Below the pieces are notes generated by a model, which did no database searches, had not been told where the DNA came from, and saw nothing but the letters and a program-made list of their open reading frames with translations. DNA of 62,306 bases, counting the filler, from Planctomycetota bacterium (GTDB lineage: Bacteria > Planctomycetota > Planctomycetia > JALXBF01): NCBI GenBank assembly GCA_026991575.1. It is 3 parts of 3 records of this genome, joined end to end, with 100 filler letters (N's around TTAATTAATTAA, not from the genome) between each part and the next. Parts side by side here need not be neighbours in the genome. Positions count along the whole stretch, not along the records: positions 41,946 to 62,306 come from JALXBF010000074.1; 2 more parts are not named here. One strand, written 5' to 3'. A program made the translations under genes and the position numbers. This document shows positions 61,323 through 62,306 of this stretch, piece after piece. Numbering within the stretch: the stretch's first letter is position 1; each line of letters begins with the position of its first letter.

Positions 61323-61333
61323 GGGACGCTACC

Positions 61334-61903
61334 TCAGCCCCCCACGAGGAAGCTGGCTGCGCACCCGCGTCTAGGGGCGTCAGGCAACCACCATTGCTCC
61401 CAAGGTGTTTTGCGGACCGTGATCTCGGTCAGTTGCCATCGGGCAGATGAGGCATCTCCTGAGCCTGCCCCCACCGTGGTCTCGCGGGGCGCGAACTCGA
61501 AATACACGTGCTGATTGACGATTAGACAGAGGGTCGTGCGAGACGGAGCAAACAAATGACACGCGTGCGGAGTCCGTGATTGCCGTAGGCTGCTCAGAAC
61601 ATCGGGCAGCGACGGGGCGCCGAGCACGATACTCCCGATCGGTTTCGGGGCAGATGTAGCACCACCTCGCTTTGGGAAGATGGTAGCCACCTGTAGTCCC
61701 AAACCCCTTTCGAATACAAACTCCCCCCAAGGATACTTGAGAATGAAGAGCTCTGCACCGTCGAGTATGTCCTCCGGACACCCGCACGTGCGGAGAACGA
61801 CGGTATGGTGTATCCCCAGTGGCAGACCGGGGAACTGTCGCGCCGAGCACAGACGCACAAGAAATGTCGACAGATCCGTGCCGCTCGGTGGGTGCAACTG
61901 CAT
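61334..61903 (-). CDS. Hypothetical protein (possible immunity protein)
   Basis: 189-aa ORF between a toxin-like C-terminus and the WD40 gene with 15 and 11 nt spacing. Confidence 0.5.
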   Translation of the reverse strand: MQLHPPSGTDLSTFLVRLCSARQFPGLPLGIHHTVVLRTCGCPEDILDGAELFILKYPWGEFVFERGLGLQVATIFPKRGGATSAPKPIGSIVLGAPSLPDVLSSLRQSRTPHACHLFAPSRTTLCLIVNQHVYFEFAPRETTVGAGSGDASSARWQLTEITVRKTPWEQWWLPDAPRRGCAASFLVGG

Positions 61904-61918
61904 GACACGATTTCCGGA

Positions 61919-62306
61919 TCACAGACCGAACATTCTTCTTAGGTCTATTAGCAGAAACCGTAGCTCTCCGGCCCTATCGGCCCAGACCTTGCCTTTGGCG
62001 TGATTGGTTCGAAGGTACTCAAAGGCTCGTCGAACCTGGTTGAAGAGCCGTCGCTGGTTTCGGGGAACACTCAACCACTCTTGCAACTGCTGCTCAGCTA
62101 TCCTGAAGGCGTGATCGCTCGTGGCGGAAAAAGTCTTTGTGAATTTGATTTGGCCAGTTCCGGTCGGTCGGATTGTGATCCGGAACCGGCCGGTCACCAC
62201 CGCACCCGGCCCCGGATCAATCGGCGGGCATGGCCCCACTTCATACAGCTCCGCCGGCCCAACCACGCCCATCTCCTCCAGATCCAGCCACACCCGAGCC
62301 GACACC
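61919..62306 (-). CDS. C-terminal fragment of a planctomycete Hint-associated polymorphic toxin-like protein (5' truncated)
   Basis: 'LDLEEMGVVG.A....VGPCPPI.PGPG.VVTGRF' motif, followed by a lower-GC basic helical tail. Confidence 0.5.
   Translation of the reverse strand, partial: VSARVWLDLEEMGVVGPAELYEVGPCPPIDPGPGAVVTGRFRITIRPTGTGQIKFTKTFSATSDHAFRIAEQQLQEWLSVPRNQRRLFNQVRRAFEYLRTNHAKGKVWADRAGELRFLLIDLRRMFGL

Overview
GC-rich bacterial scaffold, very likely a Planctomycetota MAG (two DUF1559 prepilin-like genes, DUF1080, sulfatase, YCF48-like protein). Two N-gaps (21326-21425, 41846-41945) each carry an artificial TTAATTAATTAA linker. The middle of the window is core or near-core (rho, hflK/hflC, RNase HII-like, ilvC, aldolase, and a radical SAM / Ycf46-like AAA / DUF1257 / DUF2997 / TPR / PilT operon). 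The best candidate for an undescribed system is at 45972-57546 (minus strand). It is a tandem array alternating small 6-Cys peptides (hydrophobic signal plus a double-glycine-type 'LPDATAATLQGA' leader, variable core) with membrane-anchored partner proteins (variable N-terminus, near-identical C-terminus). Two exported C39-peptidase fusion proteins and a GT-C glycosyltransferase follow, and each peptide promoter has a variable (GAG)n tract between TTGACA and GATAAT/C. Also present: two probable selenoprotein genes (in-frame TGA plus SECIS-like hairpins sharing CCG-GTC-CGG), a tandem Csx3-Csx3-P-loop gene beside a duplicated PD-(D/E)xK nuclease-like gene, a truncated Hint/toxin-like end, and several IS remnants. 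Family assignments come from motif recognition by eye; no searches were run.
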